Shown here: positions 46,825-60,400 of the stretch, piece by piece
Layout of the letters: every line of letters starts with the position of its first letter
Numbering within the stretch: position 1 is the first letter of the stretch
Source of the DNA: Selaginella moellendorffii
Taxonomy: Eukaryota > Plantae > Lycopodiophyta
Direction of reading: 5' to 3'
NCBI RefSeq assembly: GCF_000143415.4
Contig: NW_003314291.1
Location: forward strand, 341,391 to 405,390
Length of the DNA stretch: 64,000 nt
Notes under the pieces: model-generated
The model's database searches: none
What the model was told of the DNA's origin: nothing
The model's input: only the letters and a program-made list of their open reading frames with translations
Position numbers and translations under genes: made by a program

Positions 46825-47380
46825 ATCGGCTGAAGAGACCAATGGCAAAGGAGATGTCAGGGTGAGTCATATTGGCAAGGTAGAGTAGTCCTCCAACAAG
46901 CGATCGGTAGACCGAGGGCTGATCAAATAAATCATCCATCTTACTTGTGAACTTGATGCTGGTGATGACTGGTGTAGCCACAGATTTGCAACTTGTCATG
47001 TTGAACTGGTTGAGAAGCTTCTTCACATATTGGTGCTATGTGAGGGTGATTGCCCTGTCTACTTCATCCCTGTCAACTTCCATCCCTAACAGCTGACACA
47101 CAGCTCTTAAGTCCTTCATCACAAACCTGTCCATGAGCTTGATCTTCCCATCCTTCAAAATAGTGTCATTGTTGCTAACAATCAAATAGTTGTCCATATA
47201 AACTTCCATCACAACAAAGTGATCACCCTGCTGAAGAAGATATAGATTTCCATCGCTATTCAACCTTTGCATATCGAGACCCGTAAGAAAAGAATTTAAA
47301 CATTCATACCACTAATGGGAAGCCTGCTTAAGGCTATAAAGAGCCTTGCGAAGCTGTAGACAAGTTCGGAGCGCCATGAT

Positions 47381-50300
47381 CTAATAAATTGGTGCGCGTT
47401 GCATTGCAGCAACGCTTGGTTTGCTTTTGTTTTTAAATATTTTTTATTATGATATATAATTTGTTATGATCTGTCCAATATGCAGGTGCTATTCTTGCTT
47501 TTGTATATATTATATCTTTTATCCATATATGATCTATTAACTTATTATTACGTGTATTGTGTTTTATTATTTGTATATATCCTTTTTTCTCCATTGTTGT
47601 TTGAAGTGGTTTTACTTCTTCTATTTGGTAGTATCTCCTATAATTATTACTGGTTTTTATTATCTATTTTCTGTATATATTTTTGTAGTTGTTTTATGAA
47701 TATATATATATATGTTCCAGGTTTTCTATGTAAATTTATTATCTGTAATTGTTTTTTATTTTTTTCTAGTGATACATATGACATTGCCATTGTTTCTGTT
47801 TTTAAATGTTCTACTATTTCTGATTTGTAGTCAATTGTATGCAATATTGCTATATGTGGGGGTTGTTCATGTATATATGATTTATATTTATTAAAATATA
47901 AATCCTCATATTTTTGTATTCTTACTTCTTGCATACATATTATATCTGATGTTAATAATTGTGAATCACTCTTTATATCTTCTTGATGTGCAGTAATAGT
48001 CTTGTATTTAGAACTTGTATAATTGTTTGGTTAGCTTTTTTTTCTTCTTGTAAATCTATTAAATCAATTTGCCATGGTGCTTCTATTGTCATTCTTATTA
48101 TTTCTTTAGCTGCATCTTTATTGATTTTAATATGTTTATGTTCAATTGGTCTATATAAATGTATCCCTTTTAGTGTTTGTGCTCTTGATAATGCAGTATA
48201 TGTTTATCCTGGATATTTTGTTTTATATAGGTCATATCCTACTTGCATAACTGTTGATCCTATGTATTGTTCTTCCTGTGCATGGTTGTACTGGAAATTG
48301 GGTTCTACTTATAACATAGTTTTTATTTTTAGTAATATTTATTGTTCTTGTTTTTTTTTATTGGTGTCCAGTTTTTTTTTTATTATTTTGCTTTATTGTT
48401 ATGTTTTCTTTAGCTCTTGTTTTTTCACCTGTTTTTATATTTGGGAATTCTATCCACATTATTTGTTCTTCTTCAATCTGGGTTACATCTTGTAATACTC
48501 CATCTGCTCCATTTACTAATCCATCTTTTGTTGCTATATTTTGTGTTATTTCAATTGCCATTTTCTTTTTCAAATGTAATATTTTATGTAGAGTCTTTGT
48601 GTTTTTCTTGTGTCATATGGCAGTGTGAAATATTTAGAATAGGAATTTCCATGTTTGTCTTGTGCTTCTATAATTATATCTTTACCTTGTATGTGTTGTA
48701 TTATTTTTTCATTATGTTCTCTTACTTGTTTATTAGTTGCAAATATAGAATAGTATTCTGTGTTATATGTATCTGTGGTGACTTGTTTATTTATATATTC
48801 TAGCTCTTTATCTGTTTGTTCTCCTATTTTTTATTTTATTTAAAGCTTTTATAAAGATTATATCATCTTTTTGCCTCATTATTTCAGTAAGTTCATAGAT
48901 TTTAAAATTATTTTTCCATGGGTGGTGTATGGAGACATCATTTTCAGATCTATATGTTTTTTTTGAATAAATTGGTGTTTCAAATGTAGGATTTAATTGA
49001 TAGAAATCACCTGTAAATATACAATCCATCCCACCAAAGTCTATTCCATTTGTTGTTTTGAAGCTTTCACATCTTCTATTTATATCTTGTAGCATTTCTA
49101 TACTTACCATTGATATTTCATCTATTACTAAACATTTTATTGTTGAAAACTTTCTTTTATACTTATCTAATGTGTCATTTGTTAATATTATTTGACGTTG
49201 TTTTGATGCTTCTAGTCGAAATGCAAAAACTGAATGTATTGTTGAACCATTTATATTACAAGCTGCTTTTTCTGTAGGTGCTGTTATTAATATTGTTTGT
49301 CCTGGTTCATTATTTATATCTTGGTTTGTTTTATAATATCATTTGAGTGTTTCTATAAGTGTATTTAAAAGCATTGATTTTCCAGTTCCTGTTCCTCCTG
49401 TTAAAAATAAACACAATTGTTTGTTAGGTTGTTTTATTTTTTTTCAATATGAAGTCATCATGTATTATTCTTTGCTTTTTATTAAGAGTTCTTAATAATT
49501 GGTGATATTTACTAGTTTCCATAAGGTATTCATCTTGTATTATAATTGTTGTATTTGTTAATATTTTATCTTTTATTTTTCATTTTGAATAAATCTTTCT
49601 CTATATCAAATTCATCTTTTTGGTTTGTGTTTATTTCTTGTATATACTGTGCTTGTTATTTTAATATTTTATTTTCTTCTTGTTCTGGATTCTCCCAATC
49701 AAATTCACTCTCATTTGTTACTTTTTTATATATGTATTGATGTTGTTTTTCATTTATTTGTTCCATATTTGCTTCATATGCATTCATATATGTTGTGTAC
49801 ATTTTTTTAAGATCTTCTTCTTTTCTAAATTTTTTATGTAAGATTAATCTTTCAAAAGCCCACTTTTCTGGATCTTTTTCTTTACTAAAGTTTATATATC
49901 TAATTATATATATATTTTAATTTTTTCGTGTTGTTATTTCTTTTTCAATTATATATTCAGTTGTTATCTCTGCTAATGTTAAATCTTCTAATTCTTCTGG
50001 TCTTTGCATGTATTTTTCAATTAGTCCAGGTACTGCTATGTTTGTTTCATCTTTTTGCATTTTTGCAAGGTCTTGTTTCATTTTTAAACGTTTTGTTCGT
50101 TATTCTTATGGTTTAGTATCAATGAACTTTACAGTTCTAGACATATGATGAAATGGGATTAACAATATTAAAAAAGGTGTTTGTTGAATTTGTATTTCCT
50201 TACCATGTATGAAGCTATTTCCTAATAACAGAACTCTATTAAATGCATCAGCTCCTTCTTCTTGGCATTTTTTAAAATAGTTGATAATATCTTTGTTATT

Positions 50301-52860
50301 TCTGTTTCAATACATGCAATGTATGATAAATAATATGATGCTGCTGCATATGGATCAAGAATAATTTTTATATCTACATTTGATTGCCAAAAATTTGATA
50401 ATTTGTTATTAAAAGTATTTGTGTTTATGTCTTTTGGTTTTTTGTTTATAAATTTTTTTTGTATTTGTTATTTTAGATCTTATTGTAGCTTTATATTGCT
50501 CATATGTTATTTTTATTATTTTTAAATATTCATCAAACTCTAAATTTTTTAGATCTATAGTTTTATCTTCTAGTATTGTTTTTAATTTTTTTGTAATTAT
50601 TGTATATGAATCCTTTTCATGTTTTGTAATGTCTTTTATAGGCTCTAAGATTTCTGTTTATGGCATTGGAGTAATTGGGTAATTAAATCTACAATTTATA
50701 TTTTATATTTCTTACATGTTTTTCTCTATTTATGAGTTTGAACATCTTTTATATTCTATAGTACTTTCTCTGAATCAGTACATATATTTTCATTAGCATA
50801 TTCTTATTTGTTCTAATATTTGTGGTGGATTTTCTAACCATATTCGTGCATGTTCATGTGGTGTACCACATTGTTGACATTGTGTTACAAATACATAGTC
50901 TTTTACTTTCCTTCCAAATATGTGATAATTGGACATTAATAATTTTCTAAATACTGATGTTTTATGTGCATAATATCGTATTGTGGTGATTGGATCAGCT
51001 CTTAGTATTTTATATATTTTCTCTTTTTCATTTAAATTTTTTATCTCTTCTTTTTGTAATATATCTGTATTTAAATGTTTTAAAGCATTTATTAATGGTT
51101 CCCAATGTCTTTCTAAACAACAAAGAGTTAAGAATAGTGTTGGTGGTCCTAATTGTCTTATCATGGCAAATGCATCTTTTTTTAGTGCTTCTAAATTATC
51201 TGGTGATGTTCTTAGACTTTTAAAATATCTAAAACCTATGTTTGACTTTAATATTTTATCCATATTTTCATTTACAAATACATCTTTTGATGTGATTTTT
51301 CTTCCTTCATAAGTAACTTTTCTTAATCTAAAACCTGCATTTTGATTGAAAAATTTGATTTTAGATGTTACTGCTGTTGTAAATATATGTTCAATATGTC
51401 ATGCAAATTTTCTATCCTCATTCATTAATTCCCATTGGATTATTTCTTGATATGTAAATTTAATTTTTATGTCTAATGGTCTTGGTTTTTCACCAAATAG
51501 TTTTGGATATGCCATTTCTTTAGCATTTTCATCTACAAATAATCCTAATGTGTTGTCCTTGACTAGGTGCTATAACTAAAACTTTATTTGTAAAATTATC
51601 TATTTGATTTGCATCTAAGAAGCTAATTACCATAGTATTTATTGGTAATATCTTATTATCAGGGTTGTCTATAAGATTTACACTTTCATCATCTTCATTT
51701 AATTCTTGTTGTAATTGGTTTTCTAATATTATTTGTGTGTTATTATCTATATTGTCTAAATTTTGTGCTTGTTGAAACCAGTTTTCATCTATATTAATTT
51801 TATTTTTCTTATATAGTTCTGTTTCTTGTAATTGTTTTATACTATTATAAATATAATGTGGTCTGGTTATTCCATATTTATAATAATATTTATCAGTTAA
51901 TCTTCGTTTCAGCTGAATTGTTATTGTTTATGTTTCTTCAAATGTTCTTGGTAGTTTATTAATTATTGGTTTAATATTAGTTGGGACATTTATTATTCCT
52001 CCTTTTATGCACTGCTGATATTGAGGTTGATTTGGTATTGTTATATNNNNNNNNNNNNNNNNNNNNNNNNNNNNNNNNNNNNNNNNNNNNNNNNNNNNNN
52101 NNNNNNNNNNNNNNNNNNNNNNNNNNNNNNNNNNNNNNNNNNNNNNTATCGATCAATTAGATTCATTCTAATTTTTTCTGGACTTTTATATTTTTCTTTA
52201 TTTGTCATGCATTGATTGCATGTATATTCTTGTTTTTTTATTATATTTAAACCAAATTCTTTTACATATTTTACATGGATGTATTGGTATATCCTGTATA
52301 GCTTCATTATACATTTGTAGTGCTTTCATACTTTTTAGATTGTTCATGTCATATTCATTTTCTTGTTGTTCTTTCTCTTTTATTGTTTTTTTTTCTTTGC
52401 TTCTAATATAATATACTCTTCTTTTAAGTTTTTCATTTGATATAATACTCCTTGTTCTTTGTCGAAAAATATTTATTTTTTCATTTGTTTGTTTTTGTGA
52501 GTTCCAAGTTTCCATAAGTATTTTGTCTTCTTCTGTTGTATATATATTTTTTTGATTTTGTAGAGTATGTTCTTCATGTTTTTCTTTGGATATATTAATA
52601 GTTTTTATTTGCTCATTTTTATTATTTCTTGATAAATAATAGTATCTAGAAACAATTTGTTGCTCAGTTAAATCAATATTATGGCTGAATTTTAGTTTTT
52701 TTGCTTTTTATTTGTAGATCCTTAAATTGATAACAATTTTGCATCTAGAAGTTCTGTCTATTTAAATTTTCTTTTTGTTATAATTTTTCCCTTTATACTT
52801 AAATGTCCTTATTGCCCTTGATGTCCTTACACCCACCGGATAGGTGGGTGCATCCAGATT
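47381..52860 (-). mobile_element. Decayed Helitron-superfamily element: Rep (HUH) - Pif1 helicase - AP endonuclease (Helentron-like)
   Basis: Rep: AMIRQLGPPTLFLTL, DPIT..RYY and Q.GTPHEH. Helicase: FLTGGTGTGKS (~49378-49410), IDEISMVS, FGG....TGDFYQL.P, ELTEIMRQKDD, DGLVNGADG and YTALSR. Endonuclease: ICMQE, IIIGD, IDHIW and YWTDH. GC hairpin at 47396-47415. Boundaries approximate. Confidence 0.88.
52047..52146. other. Assembly gap (N run); others at 53086-53387 and 58404-58503
   Basis: N characters. Confidence 1.
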
Positions 52861-55123
52861 AGTTTTATCTATGATTGTTTAGCTGATCAAGATTGTTTAA
52901 AGAGATTCAACAATCGAACTGAATGGATTATTTTAAGCCTACTTTCAACAAGTTTTAATTCTCTATCTTTCAATCAACAGCTTTGTGAGGCTGATATTTG
53001 ATAATCTAGACCAGTAGAAACAATCAAAGACATTTTACTTACTTCTCAATGTTATTTCGTTGAAAGCCATTTATGCCCTAAAGTTNNNNNNNNNNNNNNN
53101 NNNNNNNNNNNNNNNNNNNNNNNNNNNNNNNNNNNNNNNNNNNNNNNNNNNNNNNNNNNNNNNNNNNNNNNNNNNNNNNNNNNNNNNNNNNNNNNNNNNN
53201 NNNNNNNNNNNNNNNNNNNNNNNNNNNNNNNNNNNNNNNNNNNNNNNNNNNNNNNNNNNNNNNNNNNNNNNNNNNNNNNNNNNNNNNNNNNNNNNNNNNN
53301 NNNNNNNNNNNNNNNNNNNNNNNNNNNNNNNNNNNNNNNNNNNNNNNNNNNNNNNNNNNNNNNNNNNNNNNNNNNNNNNNNNNNNNNTCTTTACACTACA
53401 CCAGATGAAAGGACTGGATAGGGCACTGGATGTGGTTAGAAGATGGAAGAGAGATCCAGCACAAGGTGTGTGATCATTCCTCCTTTTTTTTTCTTTCTTC
53501 CTTTTGTTTTTCCTTTTCATTCACATAAGCTCCCACAGAATAAGAAGCTCTAGAGTAACATCATGGCTTTGTTAGTTTTTGGAGCTGGTTTCTCAAGTTT
53601 GGATTTAGTATTTTGCCATTGGAAAGGTAGAGTCTTTGCAGGTTCAAAAATTATACTAGAGGATATACAAATGTAGGGATGGTGTTGTCCCGAATCCTGT
53701 GAAACAGCAGCTGTTTCAATGCCTTAAACTTCTACTTCTGCCTAGAGAGAAGATTTTCATCATTACAAATCCATAGTGAGAGAATCTTTAGGCTCTACTG
53801 ACAGTGGCAGCCCTGGACAAGGTAGCCAAGTCCAAAGAAAGTTGTTCAAAATGTCAAGTGAGATATCTTCGACTAGGCAGGATGATTCCACAAACAAGTA
53901 ACATTGTTCTCACTATGGAGACTGGTATCTAGCATGATGTTTTCAATTTACAGGGTTGGCTGTGGAAAACCCTCACACATCCAATGACAAGTCCTTGAAA
54001 AGTCAATGGACTCAAAGATGGTTTGAAGTAGTTTGTAACTTTCTTTCTTGTTAGGACATTTTTTTTATATACCTTGATGTAGGTTCTACTTGAAATGATT
54101 TCTTTTGAGCTACTACAGGGTGAAGGAGAGCTCAACATTGTCAGAGATGGATATCCAGGGCCAAGAACCAAAGCAAACCTTTGATGTATGTGTGCCTTCC
54201 CATTTAACTTTCTTCTAAGCTATTTTGTTTTTCTTTTGTAAGTTATCCAGTAGGATCCAATAAGAGCATGGTCATTCAGAAGCAAGAGCTTTAGTTTAGT
54301 AATCTGTAAGCTTTGTGACAAAGAGATGTCAAAGATACAAGGACTTTTAGTGACCATGTCAATGTCTCTAAAGGTCACCTTTGAAAGACTTGACTTTAGC
54401 GTAAGTATAAAGTACTTGCAATGTGAAGTGCCATTGCTATTAGCATTTTGTTGATGCTACAGGATAATATGATTTGAGTAAAAAGGTGCATACAATGAAG
54501 TTCTGCCGCTAATGGTATGCTTTCTAGATCGTGTCTGCTAGACAACTTCACACTTTCAAATTCCAGTCCTGGCTCAAATTTTTGATTGCCATAATGATTT
54601 TGACCGTGGCTTTTCCAACCCTTTTTTAAAGAGCACTACAAGAGCGTACATGGCTTCAAGCATCTAGGTCAAACAAATCAACAACAAAGCTGAAATTTAG
54701 AATTGCTTGTGGCTCAAGCTCTTTCACGTTCATTTTCTTGCACATTTACTGGCAGATGGGGTTTAGCATCTAATATAAAAAGCAATACACCACATTCTTC
54801 ACCCAACTTCTCTAAAACCCTTAAGGAACTCTCTAGCCAGATGCACAATGATCATTTTCCTAGATTTTGGTGTTAGGTGTACAATGTTAACATGGTAGAT
54901 TACCTAAGAGGGGCTTTTAGAGGCAGCTTGTGTTTTTCGCATATTAGTTCTCTAATTGATTGTGCAATGCAATCAGCAGCAATCTTGTGAGTCGTTGCTA
55001 TGGGATTTCTAGTTTGTGTGCTTTGAAATTTAGAAATTATTAAGAAAAGCACTGCAAGATTTCACGAATAGATATTTGTATTATAGAGAAAGTAATTGAA
55101 AAATAGACAAGAGACAAATGTAT

Positions 55124-56625
55124 CTATTTCTGGTTATTGGCAATTTCCATAGCTGAATTGTTTAGTGTCTCAAAATGGACAATAATATTTGCCTCATTCA
55201 ATAGAAAGAATCCTGTTGGTTTTGAAGACAGATAAATGGCAATCTTTTCTAGGGACTCCATAGCAAACTTGACCATAGCCCCTTCATCCAAATTATAAAT
55301 TTTATCCACCATTTTATCATGCACTGTAACTCTATATTCCATCATGTCATTTGATATAATAGAACCAGTTATTGTAGCTGATTTATGAGGGATGGAATGC
55401 CCTTTACACTTTGCGCAAACAACAAAACCATCTTCTCTCTGCTCTAACATTGTGAAAGAGTAAAATGAGCAAAGACTTTCAGCTTGAGTGAGGCTTTATT
55501 GGTTGTCAGGGATGAAATATCCATTAATCTGTATAATTGGAAGTTAGAGTTGAAAGTAGATGTAAACAATTTACATTACCTTGTCTTTAGAAGTGAGACC
55601 ACGGTGTGTTTTATAAACTTCATTGAGCCTTTGAATTTCGTTTGAATCAACTAGTGGCAAAAATAAAGTACTTCCAAGTGTTGCTAAATCACTTGATACA
55701 CTCATGCTTTTCATAATATTAAAATTTAAAAACTTTGGCATATATCCAGCATATAAATCTGCTACAATATGATGATACTGCTCTTCATGCTCCAGATGCA
55801 TATAGAGCTGTGAAAATATCTTAGAAATAGAAAATTAAATAGGAAAAAATATTACCATAGTTACATCCAAAGGATTATTAGAAGAAGCAATCTTTATTTT
55901 AGGAAAAACACAAGTGTTGATTACAACAGCATGTATAGCTTGTGGATAAACTCTAGTAGCCATTAAAGATGATATAGAAGCTCCTCTAGTTGGCTGTAAT
56001 CTTAATTTAACATCAAAATCATCTATAATTTGAATGATAGAAGAATCTGTAATATAAAGAACTTTTTCTAAAGTTCCATGGTGTTAAATTGGGTTTTTCT
56101 GTCGTTCAACCCATCTGCAGTGAGAGAATTATAATCTTGTTAATTTTTTTTAAAAAAAAATTACAAACCTTGTAAGTGAGAAACATTTACCAACCATAAA
56201 TTTATTATATAATCGTGCACACATGGATGAATTGCCATATACAGTGAAAGTTTGCAAGCCATGCATATCTGTACAATCCATTATATAAGTTAAGTATTTT
56301 GCACTTCGCAGAGTGTTCTTTGCAAGATGAACTTTATAAGTTCCATACCTAGGCAAAAAGCAAATCAAAACTACAGAAAAAAAGCGATTTCAAAACCATA
56401 CGTAGATAAAACCTTCAGCTCAAGAATTTTGGTTGAATTTGCTTTTTCAAAGACAAGTGATGCAATAGTAGCTTTTAGGATGGTCAACTTTGTCCTCTTT
56501 GCTTGTGAAACTACCAAAGAGAAATAAATCAAGAAATACTATGGAATAAAGAGAAAAACCAAACCTTCATAAGAATTTGTTTCTGTAGACAAATCCTCAG
56601 CAGGTGACGACTAAACAATATCCAT
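55124..56625 (-). pseudogene. RPA70-like OB-fold / Zn-ribbon ssDNA-binding protein relic, multi-exon
   Basis: OB-fold-like segment (TYIMDCTDMHGLQTFTVYGN...YNKFMVGKCFSLTRF) and C-terminal C..(x)..VCAKC...ITGSI...YRVTVHDKMVDKIY. Same strand as and upstream of RepHel. Similarity judged by eye. Confidence 0.45.
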
Positions 56626-57444
56626 AGCACAATCCAAATCTGACATATCTATATGATTGATTAAACAGAATTACCTCTAGTTAATTTATACTAGTAAAAA
56701 GATCCAAAAATAAACTAGACTTCACTTTGAAGAATCAAAAACAAAAAAGAATAAAACTTTGAGCTAAAAATTAAAATCCGTCAACTTGCCAAACTTAGGG
56801 TTACGGTAGACAATAAACCAATTTGGCAGGTGACAAACCTTCTGAACCTTTTCAACCTTTTCGTGCACTGACTCTCCTCATTTGTAAACATCATTGCCAG
56901 ATACTTCTCATCATCGACCAAGCTGAAGCTAGAAGCAGCCTGACTTTACTCCTCAACTGCTACAATCTCCCTCCATTGGTTGCTTTAGAGGAATGAATAG
57001 GAATAGAAAGATTGTCCTCCACTGATCTTTGTTTTCTACCCACTGCCCACTCACATAATAAGGAGCCATATAGAGGAAGACCTAAGCTCCATCCATAGAT
57101 GCATTCCAGGTTAATTGATTGATTCTGGGCAATCAATCAGTACCGCCATAGTGGGTTTCTGATCCTGGATCATGGCTCTCAGCTCAAACCTCCAGGGAGA
57201 GCCAATTCTCAATCAATTCACTAGTCCAAATATGATTTTCTTGACGCTTCCCAGGGACAAGAGCAATCCATTGGAGCCAGTGGACAATGCAGTGGCCGGG
57301 AATGACAATAGCATCATGATTGATCTCAAGGGGGCACTACTCAAATCCCTGAGCTGGTTTCTGTAGCGCACGTGGTTTTGACCCTTTATCCTATGGTGAT
57401 TTACCATAGGATAACACCACGAAGCGGAACCTAAACCCTCTTTG

Positions 57445-57498
57445 TGCCACGTGATGGATGCCACGTGTCACATGCCACGTGTCCATGCCACGTGTCCA
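57445..57498. promoter_or_regulatory. Four tandem G-box/ABRE motifs in LTR (second copy 62152-62205)
   Basis: TGCCACGTG x4 at 13-14 bp spacing; two read GGACACGTGGC on the minus strand. Confidence 0.55.
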
Positions 57499-60400
57499 TA
57501 AGAACCCGAGGTTTAGGGCCTTGGGCCACTGAACAAAGGAATGGTGCCAAACTCCCAAGCATGGAGCCAAGGAGTGACGGAACCGAACCACGGAGCAACT
57601 CCTGAGCATGAAGCCCAAAGAGCGAAGGGACAGGAGCCCAAAGCGACTTGGAACAGTCCTAGAGTAACCAGCATCCTAATGCCAGGACCAGCACGCAAAA
57701 TGGAGCCAAACGGAGTCTAGCGCTATTTTGGCATACCGGTGGCCTAACGCGAGGATATGGGTACTCCACCAACTAGCATGGAATGGAACTTGGGCTTAGA
57801 CCCAAGCCGGACGCAGAACAAGGACAGGCACGCAAGCGGGAGCTAGACTATGCCTCAGGTTGGTCGCCATGCCCGACCTACCCACTATCCCTACTATACA
57901 TTTGGAACCCCCCACAGCCCCCCCCCCTTGAGGAACACACGCTTTAGGCTTTCACCCCAAGCCTCCCTTAGTATCAGGAGTTAGTCTCTGGGACAAGCTC
58001 GAAACTTACTAAATATGGAATGTCCTTAGATTGCGAATTTGGACACGGGACGAACACCATTGTGTTCAGACCGATCTCTACATTCCGTAGATATGCCAAA
58101 TGAGCAAATCTGGACACTTTCCATAAATAGCATTTGGGACCGAAATGAGACTAACACAAAGGGCATGATAGCGAGGGTGTTTGGCAGACACGGTAAGCTA
58201 TCATCCAGCGATATTGAGGGACCAATCTCAATACGCGAGGGTTCTTGTCAAGCCAGTGCAAGACAGAGCAAAAGAGAACTAACAAGCCGGGCCAAGTATG
58301 CTCAGCTAAATAGACACTTAGGAATTCCTTCCTTATGCTCATCCGGCCAAGTACAGATGCAAAGTCCAGTTTACTAACACTTGAACAAGAGGGGCCAATA
58401 AAGNNNNNNNNNNNNNNNNNNNNNNNNNNNNNNNNNNNNNNNNNNNNNNNNNNNNNNNNNNNNNNNNNNNNNNNNNNNNNNNNNNNNNNNNNNNNNNNNN
58501 NNNAGAACAAAAGCTCGCAAGAAGCGATAGCTAAGTCTTTCCTAACAATGATCACAAGTTTCACACGGAACTAACTTCAATGCTAAAGAAAAAATCATGG
58601 TGCAACCCACAATATCCTCCTCAATATATCCATAAGCCAAACTTCATAATGCCAAAGCTAATGAAGAGCATGCCTGCATCAATCCAAAAGCTAAGCATAA
58701 TGAAGCTATGCTCAATAAGTGATCACCAAACGATCCTCCATGAATCCATCTATAGCAAGACGTAACTCACTTCATAACAAGCACAAGAAGAATCATCAAT
58801 GATCGATATATTCCAACTCAAATCCAATAAGGATTCAAACATTCCAATATCAATCACTAACTCTTCCGCTTGTAGAGTTAGCATAGTCCACAATTGAATC
58901 ACTTTTCAAGGAAAAGCTCAAAGCTCAACCCTTACTAAACAATCTCGTCTGGACACAATTAACTCAAACTTGCCATTCCGTTTGTTTGAACGTCAACACA
59001 GTTGCTAACTAGCAAATGCACGAATGCCAATAACACAAAGCCATAGCCAAATTATCAACACTATTTTCATCGAGACTAATGAAACTCAATATCAATCCTA
59101 AGGATAGACACCTCATCTCACTTGAATCCCAACATCAATAATATCAATGACAAGGCATCACTTCAATGCCATTAACACCATAACAAAGCTAGAAGAAAGC
59201 AAAAGTGAATCACCACTCAAAACTCTCTAGCAACCAAGCTAACCAAGGTCAAAGATACTTTACTCAGTATCCGAGACCAATCCTTCAACAATACTCAGTT
59301 ACAGATAACACTTCATCAAGGAGTGAATCACCACATCCAAGACTCAATGAAATCCAACACCACGAACTAAATGCAACCAAATGATATCAACAGAAGATAA
59401 AGTCGATATGCCAACATGGAAAACCCATGTAAGTCAAATGACACGATCCTCCGCAATACCATCCGGTAAAGTAAACCCATCACTACTAAATCTTCATCAA
59501 GCGAAGCAAGTGTCCAAAGCCCTTGACAAAGTCTACAAGCAATCACTAGTTGCAAAGCAACCAACAATCACTTGTCTTGCCTTTCACAAGACCCAAACAC
59601 TAACTCATGCCATTGAGTTACACACTTGTCCAACATGAACGTAATACCCCAAATATGAGATAAAGGTTCATGGACAAGCACAAACTAAATGACCACTCGA
59701 ATCCAACTCAACCGCGATAAGCTCACCAATGCATTTAGCCACTAGCTTTGAGCATGCCTTGAAGAGGCTAGCTATGCATGACCAACACTTAGTCGAAACT
59801 AAAGTGAAGACCATAAGATGAATTCATATTGGTACACAACCTCTTTATAGACAAAGCTATAGTATGGGTATCAACATCTTAACTGCAAACAACTAAGTTG
59901 GACATCACCATCCTCAGCCAAGGCGCAGGGCCACCAAGACCAAGTCAAGATCAGTGAGAGCTCACTACTCTCATAGAGTCTAACGAAATACAAAGTGCAA
60001 CCTGCCACCAAGCATAACGCTACAAAAGAAAGGCACAAGGGTCACCTTTCTAGAAAAGTGCAACGGCCACTTTTCTACATTAACTCCAGACTCTATCCAA
60101 CTCAATTGCCTTAGCCCCAAAAGTTAGCATCCCTTTTGGGCCGCATTATACAAACTATCTACTAAGGTCTAAGCTAACCGAAGTCAACTCCAACCCCTTC
60201 ACTAGTTTGTATTGGCTTATGAAAACGGAATGGTTTTCGGACAAAGTGATAACAGATCAGCCATTGAAAAAGTCTAAGAAAATTTGTGGAAAATTTCCAT
60301 CCTAGAGAAAGAATGACTCTCAGTCTAGGAATACAAACTTTCAAGACTCAACCAACTTCTTCCTACTAACAACTTCACATAGGTTCACCTCAACACAAAT

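Larger units (their letters stand above)
38547..47360 (-). mobile_element. Ty1/Copia retrotransposon 3' portion (RT, RNase H, PPT, 3' LTR), interrupted
   Basis: 151-bp LTR 38547-38697 (TG..CA) and PPT 38698-38705. RNase H with DWAG..TRHSTSG, ALSS..EEY and HARTKHIDV. RT fragments LRKALYSLKQ, VYMDN and YRSLVGGLLYL at 46830-47355 rejoin 39296 across the nested element. Confidence 0.9.

Noticed and set aside
47480-52411. Hydrophobic plus-strand ORFs resembling membrane proteins
   Set aside because: Antisense of the Lys/Ile/Asn-rich Helitron coding strand.
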